Assembly (NCBI GenBank): GCA_017645905.1
Contig: JAGCNO010000127.1
Location: 3,756-67,755 of the forward strand
DNA: 64,000 nt
Direction of reading: 5' to 3'
Source: Prevotella sp.
Lineage (GTDB): Bacteria > Bacteroidota > Bacteroidia > Bacteroidales > Bacteroidaceae
Positions within the stretch are counted from its first letter, which is position 1. Each line of letters begins with the position of its first letter. Below, one piece after another: positions 49,336-59,434 of the stretch. A program made the translations under genes and the position numbers. The notes beneath the pieces were generated by a model that was not told the DNA's origin, searched no databases, and saw only the letters and a list, made by a program, of their open reading frames with translations.

Positions 49336-52300
49336 TTAATAGTCACGCTGGATGTTAGCTATCTTCTCCTGAAGTTTCTTGTTCTGCTCTTCCTGAAGCA
49401 CGCGCTTGTACTCGATAGGTACAACCTGGATGAAATCCTCGATGTAGCGATGCCAGTTGTCGAGCATCCGACCTGCCAAGGCCGAACCTGTATGCAGGTA
49501 GTGCTGACGAATCAGTTCGAGAAGTTCCTTGCGACTGACGCTGTCCTCTACCAGATTGATTTCCACCATATCCATGTTGCAGAAGTAGTCGAACGAATGG
49601 TCAGGGTCGTAGACATAAGCCACGCCACCACTCATACCGGCTGCGAAGTTACGCCCCGTCTTACCGAGCACTACCACACGCCCGCCAGTCATATACTCGC
49701 AGCAATGGTCGCCAGCACCCTCGATGACGGCGATGGCACCAGAGTTGCGCACGCCGAAGCGCTCACCCACCTTACCATTAATATATAGTTCGCCTGAGGT
49801 GGCACCATAAAGGCCGGTATTACCTGCGATGATGTTGTCCTCGGCATGGAAGTCCTCACCACTTCGGGCTGGCGGCAGAATCGAGATGCGACCACCTGAA
49901 AGTCCCTTGCCGAAGTAGTCGTTGCACTCGCCCTCAAGCTTCAGGTTGACACCATGAACGGCAAAGGCACCAAAACTCTGACCAGCCGCCCCCTTGAACT
50001 TGATGTTAATAGTGTTGTCGGGCAGACCAGCCTCGCCGCATTTCTTGGCGATGACACCAGAGAGCATCGTAGTCACGGCACGGTCTGTATTCTTGATAGC
50101 GTAATCGAGCGTCACCTCCTCGCCGTCGTTGATAGCCTTCTCGGCAGCCTTGATAATCTCCTCGTCCTTCACGCCGCTCACCTTGGTGAATGCGCCGCGA
50201 TCCCAATAAAGAGCCTTGTCAGTCTCGGGTTTATGAAGCAGGCGGGCAAAGTCGATAGTCTTCTGCTTATCAGTAGCATTGGTGGTATCAACCTCTATCA
50301 GTTCTGTGTGACCGATAATCTCCTTCAGGCTGTGAACGCCAATCTCGCTCAGATGCTCGCGCACCTGCTCTGCCAGGAAGGTGAAGAAGTTCACCACGTA
50401 CTCTGCACGACCCTCGAAGTGCTTGCGCAACTCCGGGTTCTGCGTAGCAACGCCCATCGGACAGGTATTGGTGTTACACTTGCGCATCATCACACAGCCC
50501 AGTACGATGAGCGGCAGCGTGCCAAACGAGAACTCGTCGGCGCCCAGCATCGCCATGATGATCACGTCTTTGGCGGTCTTCAACTGACCGTCGGTCTGCA
50601 GGCGCACCTGATTTCTCAGTCCGTTCATCACCAGCGTCTGCTGCGTCTCGGCGAGACCAATCTCAGGTGAGATTCCAGCGAATCGCATACTGCTGGCAGG
50701 GCTGGCACCTGTACCACCCTCGGCACCACTGATAACAATCAGGTCGGCCTTGGCCTTGGCCACACCGGCGGCGATGGTTCCCACACCGCTCTCGGCAACC
50801 AGTTTTACGCTCACGGCAGCCGTGGGGTTGATATTCTTCAAGTCGAAGATGAGCTGCGCCAGGTCCTCAATCGAGTAGATGTCGTGATGGGGCGGTGGCG
50901 AGATGAGCGAGATGCCGGGGATGGCATTACGTGTCTTAGCGATAATCTCGTTGACCTTGAAACCAGGCAACTGACCGCCCTCACCAGGCTTGGCACCCTG
51001 CGCCACCTTGATCTGTATCTCCTCGGCATTCACCAAGTATTCAGCTGTCACGCCAAATCGTCCTGATGCAATCTGCTTAGTCTTGCTTGAAAGGCTCACG
51101 CCGTCCACCTCCGTATGATAGCGGGCATTGTCTTCGCCACCCTCGCCAGTATTACTGCGTGTGCCGAGCTTATTCATAGCCAGCGCCAGTGCCTCGTGGG
51201 CCTCGATGCTCAGGGCACCAAAACTCATGGCACCAGTAACAAAATGCTTCACGATGCTCTCTACTGGCTCTACCTCGTCGATAGGTGTTGGTTTGGCTGC
51301 TTTCTTAAACTTGAAGAAGTCGCGGATAAAGATAGGCGATTCCTTTTCGTCAACCTGTGCAGCCCACTCCTTAAACTTCTTATACGAGCCCAAACGGGTG
51401 GCCAACTGCAGATTGGCAATCGTCTCTGGGTTCCATGCGTGCTTGATACCATCCTTGCGCCAAGCAAATTGACCTTGGTTCTGCAATGTCATCTTCGACG
51501 CAACACTATTGCGCCCCTGCTCATGCAGACGGATGGCATCGCGTGCAATCTCCTTCAATCCTACACCACCGATGGTGCTCACCTCTGTGCCAAAATAGCG
51601 GCGCAACAGGTCCTCGCTCAGGCCGATGCTCTCAAATATTTTAGCGCCACGATAGCTGCGGATGGTCGAGATACCCATCTTACTCATAATCTTCTTCAAG
51701 CCCTTATCCACTGCCTTGATGTAGTTTTTCTCGGCAGTAGCATATTCCTCCTGAATCTTCCCTTTCTTCACGAGGTCATCAAGTACTGCAAAGGTCATAT
51801 ATGGGCAGAGTGCGCTGGCACCATAGCCCAGCAACAGGGCAGCGTGCATCACCTCGCGAATCTCACCGCTCTCCACAATCAGCGCCGTCTGCACACGCTT
51901 ACCTACGCTAATCAGATAGTGGTGAACAGCTGAGACGGCCAACAGCGATGGAATGGCAGCGTGCTTCTCGTCGATGTCACGGTCGCTCAAAATGATGTAG
52001 TTCACGCCCTCATCCACGCTGGCCTCGGCCTGATGACACAGGTTGTCCAATGCTTGTCGCAAGCCCTCCTCGCCCTTACTCATTTCGAATAGAATGGCGA
52101 GTTTCTTGGTGTTAAAGCCCTTATACCTTATATTGCATAGTATGTCTAACTGTGTATTGGTCAGCACGGGCTGCGGCAGACGTACCATCTTGCAGTTGCT
52201 CGCATCAGGCGTCAGGATATTAGTTCCTACGGCACCGATATACTCCGTCAGGCTCATCACCAACTCTTCACGGATGGGGTCGATGGCAGGGTTGGTGACC

Positions 52301-53877
52301 TGTGCAAACTGCTGACGGAAATAGTTGAACAGCACCTGCGGACGGTCGGAGATGACTGCCAGTGGCGTATCGTTACCCATCGCAGCGACAGGCTCCTGAC
52401 CGGCTGTTGCCATCGGCACAATGGTCTTGTCGATATCCTCCTGACCGAAGCCGAAGGTCACCAGCTTCTGCTCCAAGTTGCTCACGCCGTTCTCTACGTG
52501 ACGGCCGCTCTTCAGCTTTTCCAATTGCACGCGGTTCTCGTTCAGCCATTCACGGTAAGGATGCGCCTTCGCCAACTGCTCCTTGATCTCGCCATCATAA
52601 TAAATCTTTCCCTCCTGAGTATCAATCAGCAGAATCTTACCTGGCTGCAACCGGCCTTTGCTCACGACGTCGCCTGGCTCGAAGTCCATGACGCCGACCT
52701 CACTGGCCACTACCATCATACCGCTCTTGGTAATCGTGTAGCGGCTGGGGCGCAGGCCGTTTCTGTCCAGCATGCCGCCGGCATAGCGTCCATCGCTGAA
52801 GAGCAGTGCAGCAGGGCCGTCCCACGGCTCCATCAGGATAGAGTGGTACTCGTAGAATGCCTTCAAGTCCTCAGAAATAGGGTTCTTGTCGTTAAAACTC
52901 TCAGGCACCAAGATGGCCATCGCCTGTGGCAGCGAGAGTCCGCTCATCATCAGGAACTCAAAGACATTATCCAGCGAAGCACTATCGCTCATACCCTCCT
53001 GCACAATCGGCCTTAAGTCCTTGATATCTCCCAATGCCTCGCTGCTCAGTACGCTCTCACGCGCCTTCATCCAACCGCGATTGCCTCGAATGGTGTTGAT
53101 TTCGCCGTTGTGGGCCAACAAGCGGAAGGGCTGGGCTAATGACCACGTTGGGAATGTGTTTGTGCTGAATCGTGAGTGCACCAGCGCCAGTCCGCTTGTG
53201 AAATAAAGGCTCGACAGGTCAGGGAAGAAACGTCGTAGCTGTCCGCTGGTCAGCATCCCCTTATAGATGAGGTTCTTGTTCGATAGTGAGCAGATGTAAA
53301 AATCCTTGTTATCGATGCGATTCTCTATTCTCTTGCGTACCTTATATAATATACGGTCGAACACGGGAACCTCCTCATCCTTGACGCCCGTGATGAATAT
53401 CTGCTTGATGTCTGGCTCCACCTCGCGTGCTGCCGCCCCCAGCACCTCCGGGTTCGTAGGCACGGCACGAAGGTGCATCAGCGACAGACCCTCACGCTCA
53501 ATCTCCTCGATCATTACTGAGAGGATGTCCTGCTGCGCCCTTTCGTCCTTAGGCAGGAAAACCAGACCTGTACCATACTTACCCTTTTCAGGCACAGGGA
53601 TACCCTGCAACAAGATAAACTCGTGCGGAATCTGCACCATGATACCGGCACCGTCGCCCGTCTTGTCGCGGGTCTCGGCACCTCGGTGCTCCATGTTCTC
53701 CAGCACCTTCAGCGCGTTGTCCACCAGCTCGTGACTTTTCCCGCCGTGAATGTTCACAACCATACCTACGCCACAAGCATCGTGCTCGTACTGACTCTGA
53801 TAAAGTCCTTTCTGCGAACAGTGTGTCCTCTGATTACGCCGTGTACTCTGTATTGTTTGAAGTTTACATTTTGTCAT
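49336..53877 (-). CDS. gltB: Glutamate synthase large subunit
   Basis: EHDACGVG, HSRFSTNT, QGAKPGEGG, CxxxRxCxxxxC; promoter box at 53919-53926. Confidence 0.97.
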   Translation of the reverse strand: MTKCKLQTIQSTRRNQRTHCSQKGLYQSQYEHDACGVGMVVNIHGGKSHELVDNALKVLENMEHRGAETRDKTGDGAGIMVQIPHEFILLQGIPVPEKGKYGTGLVFLPKDERAQQDILSVMIEEIEREGLSLMHLRAVPTNPEVLGAAAREVEPDIKQIFITGVKDEEVPVFDRILYKVRKRIENRIDNKDFYICSLSNKNLIYKGMLTSGQLRRFFPDLSSLYFTSGLALVHSRFSTNTFPTWSLAQPFRLLAHNGEINTIRGNRGWMKARESVLSSEALGDIKDLRPIVQEGMSDSASLDNVFEFLMMSGLSLPQAMAILVPESFNDKNPISEDLKAFYEYHSILMEPWDGPAALLFSDGRYAGGMLDRNGLRPSRYTITKSGMMVVASEVGVMDFEPGDVVSKGRLQPGKILLIDTQEGKIYYDGEIKEQLAKAHPYREWLNENRVQLEKLKSGRHVENGVSNLEQKLVTFGFGQEDIDKTIVPMATAGQEPVAAMGNDTPLAVISDRPQVLFNYFRQQFAQVTNPAIDPIREELVMSLTEYIGAVGTNILTPDASNCKMVRLPQPVLTNTQLDILCNIRYKGFNTKKLAILFEMSKGEEGLRQALDNLCHQAEASVDEGVNYIILSDRDIDEKHAAIPSLLAVSAVHHYLISVGKRVQTALIVESGEIREVMHAALLLGYGASALCPYMTFAVLDDLVKKGKIQEEYATAEKNYIKAVDKGLKKIMSKMGISTIRSYRGAKIFESIGLSEDLLRRYFGTEVSTIGGVGLKEIARDAIRLHEQGRNSVASKMTLQNQGQFAWRKDGIKHAWNPETIANLQLATRLGSYKKFKEWAAQVDEKESPIFIRDFFKFKKAAKPTPIDEVEPVESIVKHFVTGAMSFGALSIEAHEALALAMNKLGTRSNTGEGGEDNARYHTEVDGVSLSSKTKQIASGRFGVTAEYLVNAEEIQIKVAQGAKPGEGGQLPGFKVNEIIAKTRNAIPGISLISPPPHHDIYSIEDLAQLIFDLKNINPTAAVSVKLVAESGVGTIAAGVAKAKADLIVISGAEGGTGASPASSMRFAGISPEIGLAETQQTLVMNGLRNQVRLQTDGQLKTAKDVIIMAMLGADEFSFGTLPLIVLGCVMMRKCNTNTCPMGVATQNPELRKHFEGRAEYVVNFFTFLAEQVREHLSEIGVHSLKEIIGHTELIEVDTTNATDKQKTIDFARLLHKPETDKALYWDRGAFTKVSGVKDEEIIKAAEKAINDGEEVTLDYAIKNTDRAVTTMLSGVIAKKCGEAGLPDNTINIKFKGAAGQSFGAFAVHGVNLKLEGECNDYFGKGLSGGRISILPPARSGEDFHAEDNIIAGNTGLYGATSGELYINGKVGERFGVRNSGAIAVIEGAGDHCCEYMTGGRVVVLGKTGRNFAAGMSGGVAYVYDPDHSFDYFCNMDMVEINLVEDSVSRKELLELIRQHYLHTGSALAGRMLDNWHRYIEDFIQVVPIEYKRVLQEEQNKKLQEKIANIQRDY

Positions 53878-54112
53878 ATTATCCTTACTTTTACTATCTT
53901 TTTGTTCATTTTTGGCTGCAAAGGTATATCAATTTATTATATTGCACAAGTTTTTTCTTTCCTTTTTTATCCTTAAATATTTCCTTGTGTTACATTTTGC
54001 TCAATTATTGCCCCTTTTTCTTACATTTTGAAACAAATCGCCCGTTGTAAGCCAGTGAATATTTACACATTGTCATTCTTCCAAAATGCTTCAGTTTTCA
54101 ATCTTCAAGTTT

Positions 54113-54304
54113 GCGCTCGGCATCCCGAAGGGTGACGCTTGCGTAATGGAATGGAGCAAGAATGGCATATTCGATGAGAAAGAACGGCTTATTCGATGAG
54201 AAAGAACGGCTTATTCCCATAGAAAGAACGGCTTATTCGATGAGAAAGAACGGCTTATTCTCATAGAAAGCGCATGGCATCCCGAAAGGTGACGCTTGCG
54301 TAAT
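54113..54304. repeat. Composite element: 22-bp array between two 35-bp direct repeats
   Basis: GCGCWYGGCATCCCGAARGGTGACGCTTGCGTAAT at 54113 and 54270 flanking 4-5 GAAAGAACGGCTTATTC units. Confidence 0.9.
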
Positions 54305-54346
54305 CAGTCCCCTTTCTTAAGGAGTGTTTTTTGAACTTTGACGATT

Positions 54347-54495
54347 TGTAACGAAATGACAGGTTTTCAGTACAAAACGTAAGCAAAACGGCAGGCAAAA
54401 ATACCTAACGCTTTACTAAATGATAGCTGTGTCGGTTTTTAACAATCAAAACGAAACCAAAGCAAGCATTGTTCTTGCAAAATGTACTATCTTTG
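54347..54495 (+). promoter_or_regulatory. amtB2 promoter with three-box nitrogen motif
   Basis: TGTAACGAAATGACAG (54347-62), TTTACTAA (54412-19), GTTTTTAACAATCAAA (54435-50), TATCTTTG (54488-95). Confidence 0.8.
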
Positions 54496-54583
54496 CCGGC
54501 AATTTTGAACATGGTGTATAAGCGGCCTTCGGCCAAAATAATAAATGAAAACAAAGGTGTATAAATATAATTAGGTATAAGGT

Positions 54584-55972
54584 ATGAAGATTAAGAAGCG
54601 TTGGAAAATCCTGATGACGGCAATGACGCTAATAGCCGTTGCAGGGCTTTGCGTAGGGGAGCCTACGTTTGAATGTGACTGGTCGGTAATCAGCGCAGCC
54701 GATGTGGCCTGGCTGATTACCGCCACTATTTTCGTGTTGATGATGACGCCCGGCCTGTCGTTCTTCTATGGCGGAATGGTGGGTGCTAAGAACGTTATCT
54801 CCACGATGTTGCAGTCGTTCATTGCGATGGGACTGATTTCAGTCTTGTGGGTAGCGGTCGGCTTCTCGCTGTGCTTTGGCGACGACATCGGCGGTGTGAT
54901 TGGCAATCCGCTGACGTTCCTGATGTTTCATGGTGTGGGCGGCGAGGTCTATACCACTCCGGCTGGCAACGTGCTGGGCGGGGCGACGATACCGCTGGCC
55001 CTGTTCGCGCTGTTCCAGATGAAGTTCGCCATCATCACGCCGTCGCTTATTACGGGCTCGTTTGCCGAGCGTGTGAGGTTTTCGGCCTACATGTTCTTCA
55101 TGATGTTTTTCTTCTTCGTCATCTACTGCCCGCTGGCTCACATGACGTGGCATCCTGAGGGACTCTTTTGCCGGTGGGGTGTCATCGACTTTGCCGGTGG
55201 CATCGTGGTGCATGCTTCTTCGGGTATCGCGGCCTTGGCGGGAGCAATCTTTCTGGGGAGACGCAGCGGGGAGAAGAGCGAGCCTGCCAACATCCCGTTT
55301 GTGCTCCTTGGAGCGGCACTGCTGTGGTTAGGCTGGTTCGGCTTCAATGCGGGCTCTTCGCTGCATGCCGACGGTCAGGCCATCAAGGCATTCCTGAACA
55401 CGAACACGGCCTCTGCTACGGCCATGATGACGTGGATATTCTTCGACTGTCTGCGTGGCCGCAAGCCGTCGGCTATGGGTGCTGCCGTGGGTTGCGTAGT
55501 CGGTCTGGTGGCCATCACACCGTCGGCAGGCTATGTCACCGTGGGTCAGAGCATCTTTATCGCCTTTGTCATCACGCTGATCTGTAACATCGCCGTCTAT
55601 TGGCGTTCACATTCCAATATTGACGATGCGCTCGACGTATTTCCGACACACGGCACAGGCGGTATATTCGGCACGGTGCTGACGGGTATCTTTATTCAGG
55701 AGGGACTGATTGCCGGCACCTGGGATGGTTTTATGATTTTCCTCTACCATCTGCTGGCCATTGTCATCGTGTTTGTCTATACCTTCGCCATGAGCTGGCT
55801 GGGCTATAAACTCATCGACAGTCTCATCCCCATGCGCGTGTCGGCCTATAGCGAAAAGGTGGGACTCGACTTCTCGCAGCACGACGAACACTACGGACTG
55901 GCGCACATCGGCGAGCGAGAGTTGGCAGAATACGAAGAACACATCAGGCAGAAAGTGAGGAGTGAAGAGTGA
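54584..55972 (+). CDS. amtB: Ammonium transporter (second, divergent paralog)
   Basis: MTPGLSFFYGG, FQMKFAIIT, DFAGGIVVH, DDALDVFPTHG. Confidence 0.95.
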   Translation: MKIKKRWKILMTAMTLIAVAGLCVGEPTFECDWSVISAADVAWLITATIFVLMMTPGLSFFYGGMVGAKNVISTMLQSFIAMGLISVLWVAVGFSLCFGDDIGGVIGNPLTFLMFHGVGGEVYTTPAGNVLGGATIPLALFALFQMKFAIITPSLITGSFAERVRFSAYMFFMMFFFFVIYCPLAHMTWHPEGLFCRWGVIDFAGGIVVHASSGIAALAGAIFLGRRSGEKSEPANIPFVLLGAALLWLGWFGFNAGSSLHADGQAIKAFLNTNTASATAMMTWIFFDCLRGRKPSAMGAAVGCVVGLVAITPSAGYVTVGQSIFIAFVITLICNIAVYWRSHSNIDDALDVFPTHGTGGIFGTVLTGIFIQEGLIAGTWDGFMIFLYHLLAIVIVFVYTFAMSWLGYKLIDSLIPMRVSAYSEKVGLDFSQHDEHYGLAHIGERELAEYEEHIRQKVRSEE

Positions 55973-56006
55973 TAAGTGAATAATGCAAACTTCCGAACAA
56001 CATAGA

Positions 56007-57599
56007 ATGAACACAAAGTATATCTTCGTAACTGGCGGTGTGGTTTCCTCGCTTGGCAAGGGAATCATCTCCGCCAGTATCGGTAAACTGCTGCAGGCAC
56101 GTGGCTTTAAGGTCACGATTCAGAAATTTGACCCGTACATTAACATTGACCCTGGGACGCTGAACCCTTACGAGCACGGTGAGTGCTACGTAACAGAGGA
56201 TGGTTTCGAAACCGACCTGGACTTGGGGCATTATGAAAGGTTTACGGGCATCCACACCACGCGTGACAACTCGATTACCACTGGTCGTATCTACAAGACG
56301 GTGATAGACCGCGAACGGCATGGCGACTATCTGGGTAAGACGATTCAGGTAGTGCCGCATATCACGGACGAGATAAAACGGCGCATGTTGCGTGAGGGTC
56401 TGGACGAAGGGCTGGACTTCGTAATTACCGAGGTCGGAGGTACCATTGGCGACATTGAGAGTGCACCGTTTATGGAGGCCATCCGTCAGTTGCGGTGGCA
56501 ACTGGGACGTGATGCCGTGTGTGTACATCTGACGTACGTACCTTATCTGAAGGCCGCCGACGAACTGAAAACGAAGCCTACGCAACATTCAGTAAAAGAA
56601 CTACAAGGGATGGGTATCCAGCCCGACATTCTTGTCCTCAGAACCGAACGCCATCTCAGTGACTCTCTACGCCTGAAGGTGGCGTCGTTTTGTAATGTAG
56701 ATCTGGAGTGCGTGGTGCAGAGTGAGGATATGCCGAGTATCTACGAGGTGCCGGTGAGCATGCAGCGTCAGGGGCTCGACGCGGCAATTATGAGGAAGAT
56801 TGGAATACCAGTCGGCGAGACGCCTGCCATGAAGCTGTGGCACGATTTCCTCGACAAGCAACGTAATGCCAAGCGCGAGGTACACATCGGACTGGTGGGC
56901 AAATACGACCTGCAAGATGCCTACAAGAGCATCCGCGAGAGCCTGAACCTGGCTGGTATTTATAACGACGTGAAGGCACGGCTGCACTTTGTCAATAGCG
57001 AGGAGATTACACCCCAGAACGTTGGCGAGAAGCTGGAAGGAATGGCGGGCATTGTGGTGTGTCCAGGCTTCGGACAGCGTGGTATTGAGGGCAAGATTAT
57101 TGCGGCCGAATATGGCCGGACAAAAGATATTCCTACCTTCGGCATCTGTCTGGGTATGCAGATGATGGTGATAGAGTTCGCAAGAAACGTTTTAGGATAT
57201 AAGGATGCGAATAGTGCGGAAATGGTTCCCGATACGCCACACAATGTGATTGATATCATGGAAGAGCAGAAAAACATCACGCAGATGGGTGGTACAATGC
57301 GACTGGGCGCCTACGATTGTAAGCTTGTTGAGGGCAGTCGCACATTTGAAGCATACGGTAAGGATACACTTGTCAAGGAGCGTCATCGTCACCGCTATGA
57401 GTTTAATAATGCCTATAAGGACGAGTACGAGTCGAACGGCATGAAGTGTGTGGGTATCAACCCCACCGCTGACCTCGTGGAGATTGTCGAAATCCCTGAA
57501 AAGCGCTGGTACATCGGTACGCAGTTCCACCCGGAATACTCCTCAACGGTGCTTCATCCGCATCCACTGTTTATGTCATTTATCCGTGCTTGTATCTAA
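56007..57599 (+). CDS. pyrG: CTP synthase
   Basis: KYIFVTGGVVSSLGKG, GICLGMQ, ERHRHRYE, QFHPE; alternative start at 55983. Confidence 0.97.
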   Translation: MNTKYIFVTGGVVSSLGKGIISASIGKLLQARGFKVTIQKFDPYINIDPGTLNPYEHGECYVTEDGFETDLDLGHYERFTGIHTTRDNSITTGRIYKTVIDRERHGDYLGKTIQVVPHITDEIKRRMLREGLDEGLDFVITEVGGTIGDIESAPFMEAIRQLRWQLGRDAVCVHLTYVPYLKAADELKTKPTQHSVKELQGMGIQPDILVLRTERHLSDSLRLKVASFCNVDLECVVQSEDMPSIYEVPVSMQRQGLDAAIMRKIGIPVGETPAMKLWHDFLDKQRNAKREVHIGLVGKYDLQDAYKSIRESLNLAGIYNDVKARLHFVNSEEITPQNVGEKLEGMAGIVVCPGFGQRGIEGKIIAAEYGRTKDIPTFGICLGMQMMVIEFARNVLGYKDANSAEMVPDTPHNVIDIMEEQKNITQMGGTMRLGAYDCKLVEGSRTFEAYGKDTLVKERHRHRYEFNNAYKDEYESNGMKCVGINPTADLVEIVEIPEKRWYIGTQFHPEYSSTVLHPHPLFMSFIRACI

Positions 57600-57625
57600 T
57601 CGTAAATCGTAAATCGTAAATTGGC

Positions 57626-59434
57626 ATGGTGGAAGAGCTAAAGCATGAGTGTGGTGTGGCGATGATTCGTCTGCTGAAGCCGTTGAGTTACTACGTGCGG
57701 AAATATGGTATTCGGCGATACGGTTTCGACAAACTCTATCTGATGATGGAGAAGCAGCACAACCGTGGACAGGAGGGTGCTGGTATTGCCTCGGTAAGCC
57801 TGGACAACGAGCCGGGCACGGAGTATATGTTCCGTGAAAAGGCCGAGGGCAAGGATGCCATTACAGAGATTTTCAAGGCCATTGACCATTCACCATTGAC
57901 CATTGACCATTCCTCCACATCGGACGATTGTGTAGCCTATGATGGTGATCGTTCAATGTTCAATTGTCAATTGCTGATGGGGCATCTGCGCTATTCGACT
58001 ACGGGCAAGAGCGGACTGCAATACGTGCATCCCTTCTTGCGCCGTAATAACTGGCGTGCCAAGAACCTCTGTCTCTGCGGCAACTTCAACATGACCAACA
58101 TCGACGAGGTATTCCATTTCCTGACAGAGCAGGGCCAGTCGCCACGTATCTACGGCGATTCTTATATCACCCTCGAACTGATGGGCCACCGTCTGGACCG
58201 TGAGGTGGAACGGCTGTATGTAGAGGCTAAGGAGCAGGGCCTTGAGGGTACGGACATCACGGATTATATTGACAATCATGTTGAAATGGCGAATGTTCTG
58301 AAGACTACTATGACACATTTCGATGGTGGTTACGTGATGTGTGGGCTGACGGGCTCTGGCGAGATGTTTGCCATGCGTGACCCCTGGGGCATTCGGCCAG
58401 CTTTTTATTACCGGGATGACGAGATAATTGCCCTTGCCAGCGAACGTCCTGTATTGCAGACGACCTTCAATCTTCAGGCAGAAGACATCTGTGAACTTCA
58501 GCCAGGCGAAGCGCTCATTGTGCATAGGAACGGAGAGAGCCGTTTGGAACAGATTATGCCTGCCCAACCCTTGAGCGCCTGCTCGTTTGAACGTATCTAT
58601 TTCAGCCGCGGCTCGGACCGTGACATCTATCAGGAGCGCAAACGACTGGGCGAGCAATTGACTCCTGCTATTATGAAAGCTGTCGACGGCGATGTGGCCA
58701 ACACCGTGTTCTCTTACATCCCCAACACTGCCGAGGTGGCCTTTTATGGCATGACGGATGGCTTCCGTCAGCAGGGCTACAATGTGCGTACAGAAAAGGT
58801 GGTGTGGAAGGACATCAAACTGCGTACCTTCATTGCAGACAACAGTGAGCGCAACGACCTTGCAGCCCATGTCTATGATGTCAGCTATGGTAGTCTGAAA
58901 GCCTTTGAGGACAGTCTTGTCATCATCGATGACTCTATAGTCCGAGGCACCACGTTGAAGGAGAGCATCTTCAAGATTCTCGACCGCCTGCACCCCAAGA
59001 AAATCGTGATGGTGTCCAGTTCGCCACAAATCCGCTATCCCGACTACTACGGCATTGACATGTCGCGGCTGGAAGAGCTCTGTGCCTTCCGTGCTGCCAT
59101 TGCCCTGATTAAGGAAAGAGGCAGGCAGAAGCTGATTGCCGACACCTACAAGGCCTGTAAGTATTCGCCAGCCTCGTTGAACCATGTGCGCAATATCTAT
59201 GCCCCTTTCACCGCCAGGGAAATAAACGCGAAGATTGTGGAGATGCTTCGTCCGGAGGGTATGCAGGCTCCCGTCGAACTGGTGTTCCAAAGCATCGAGG
59301 GCCTCCACCACGCCTGTCCCAACCATCCTGGCGACTGGTACTTTACGGGCAATTACCCCACACCTGGTGGCATCCGCATGGTGAACCAGGCATTTGTTCA
59401 TTACGTTGAAGATATATTGAAAAAACAATTATGA
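57626..59434 (+). CDS. purF: Amidophosphoribosyltransferase
   Basis: KHECG N-terminal Cys, GHLRYST, IIDDSIVRGTT PRPP loop. Confidence 0.92.
   Translation: MVEELKHECGVAMIRLLKPLSYYVRKYGIRRYGFDKLYLMMEKQHNRGQEGAGIASVSLDNEPGTEYMFREKAEGKDAITEIFKAIDHSPLTIDHSSTSDDCVAYDGDRSMFNCQLLMGHLRYSTTGKSGLQYVHPFLRRNNWRAKNLCLCGNFNMTNIDEVFHFLTEQGQSPRIYGDSYITLELMGHRLDREVERLYVEAKEQGLEGTDITDYIDNHVEMANVLKTTMTHFDGGYVMCGLTGSGEMFAMRDPWGIRPAFYYRDDEIIALASERPVLQTTFNLQAEDICELQPGEALIVHRNGESRLEQIMPAQPLSACSFERIYFSRGSDRDIYQERKRLGEQLTPAIMKAVDGDVANTVFSYIPNTAEVAFYGMTDGFRQQGYNVRTEKVVWKDIKLRTFIADNSERNDLAAHVYDVSYGSLKAFEDSLVIIDDSIVRGTTLKESIFKILDRLHPKKIVMVSSSPQIRYPDYYGIDMSRLEELCAFRAAIALIKERGRQKLIADTYKACKYSPASLNHVRNIYAPFTAREINAKIVEMLRPEGMQAPVELVFQSIEGLHHACPNHPGDWYFTGNYPTPGGIRMVNQAFVHYVEDILKKQL

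Noticed and set aside
53930-54075. Nitrogen three-box motif at the gltB promoter
   Set aside because: Only loose TTACATTTTG repeats (near 53990 and 54021) and an AT tract are present, and boxes 1 and 3 are not matched at the expected spacing.
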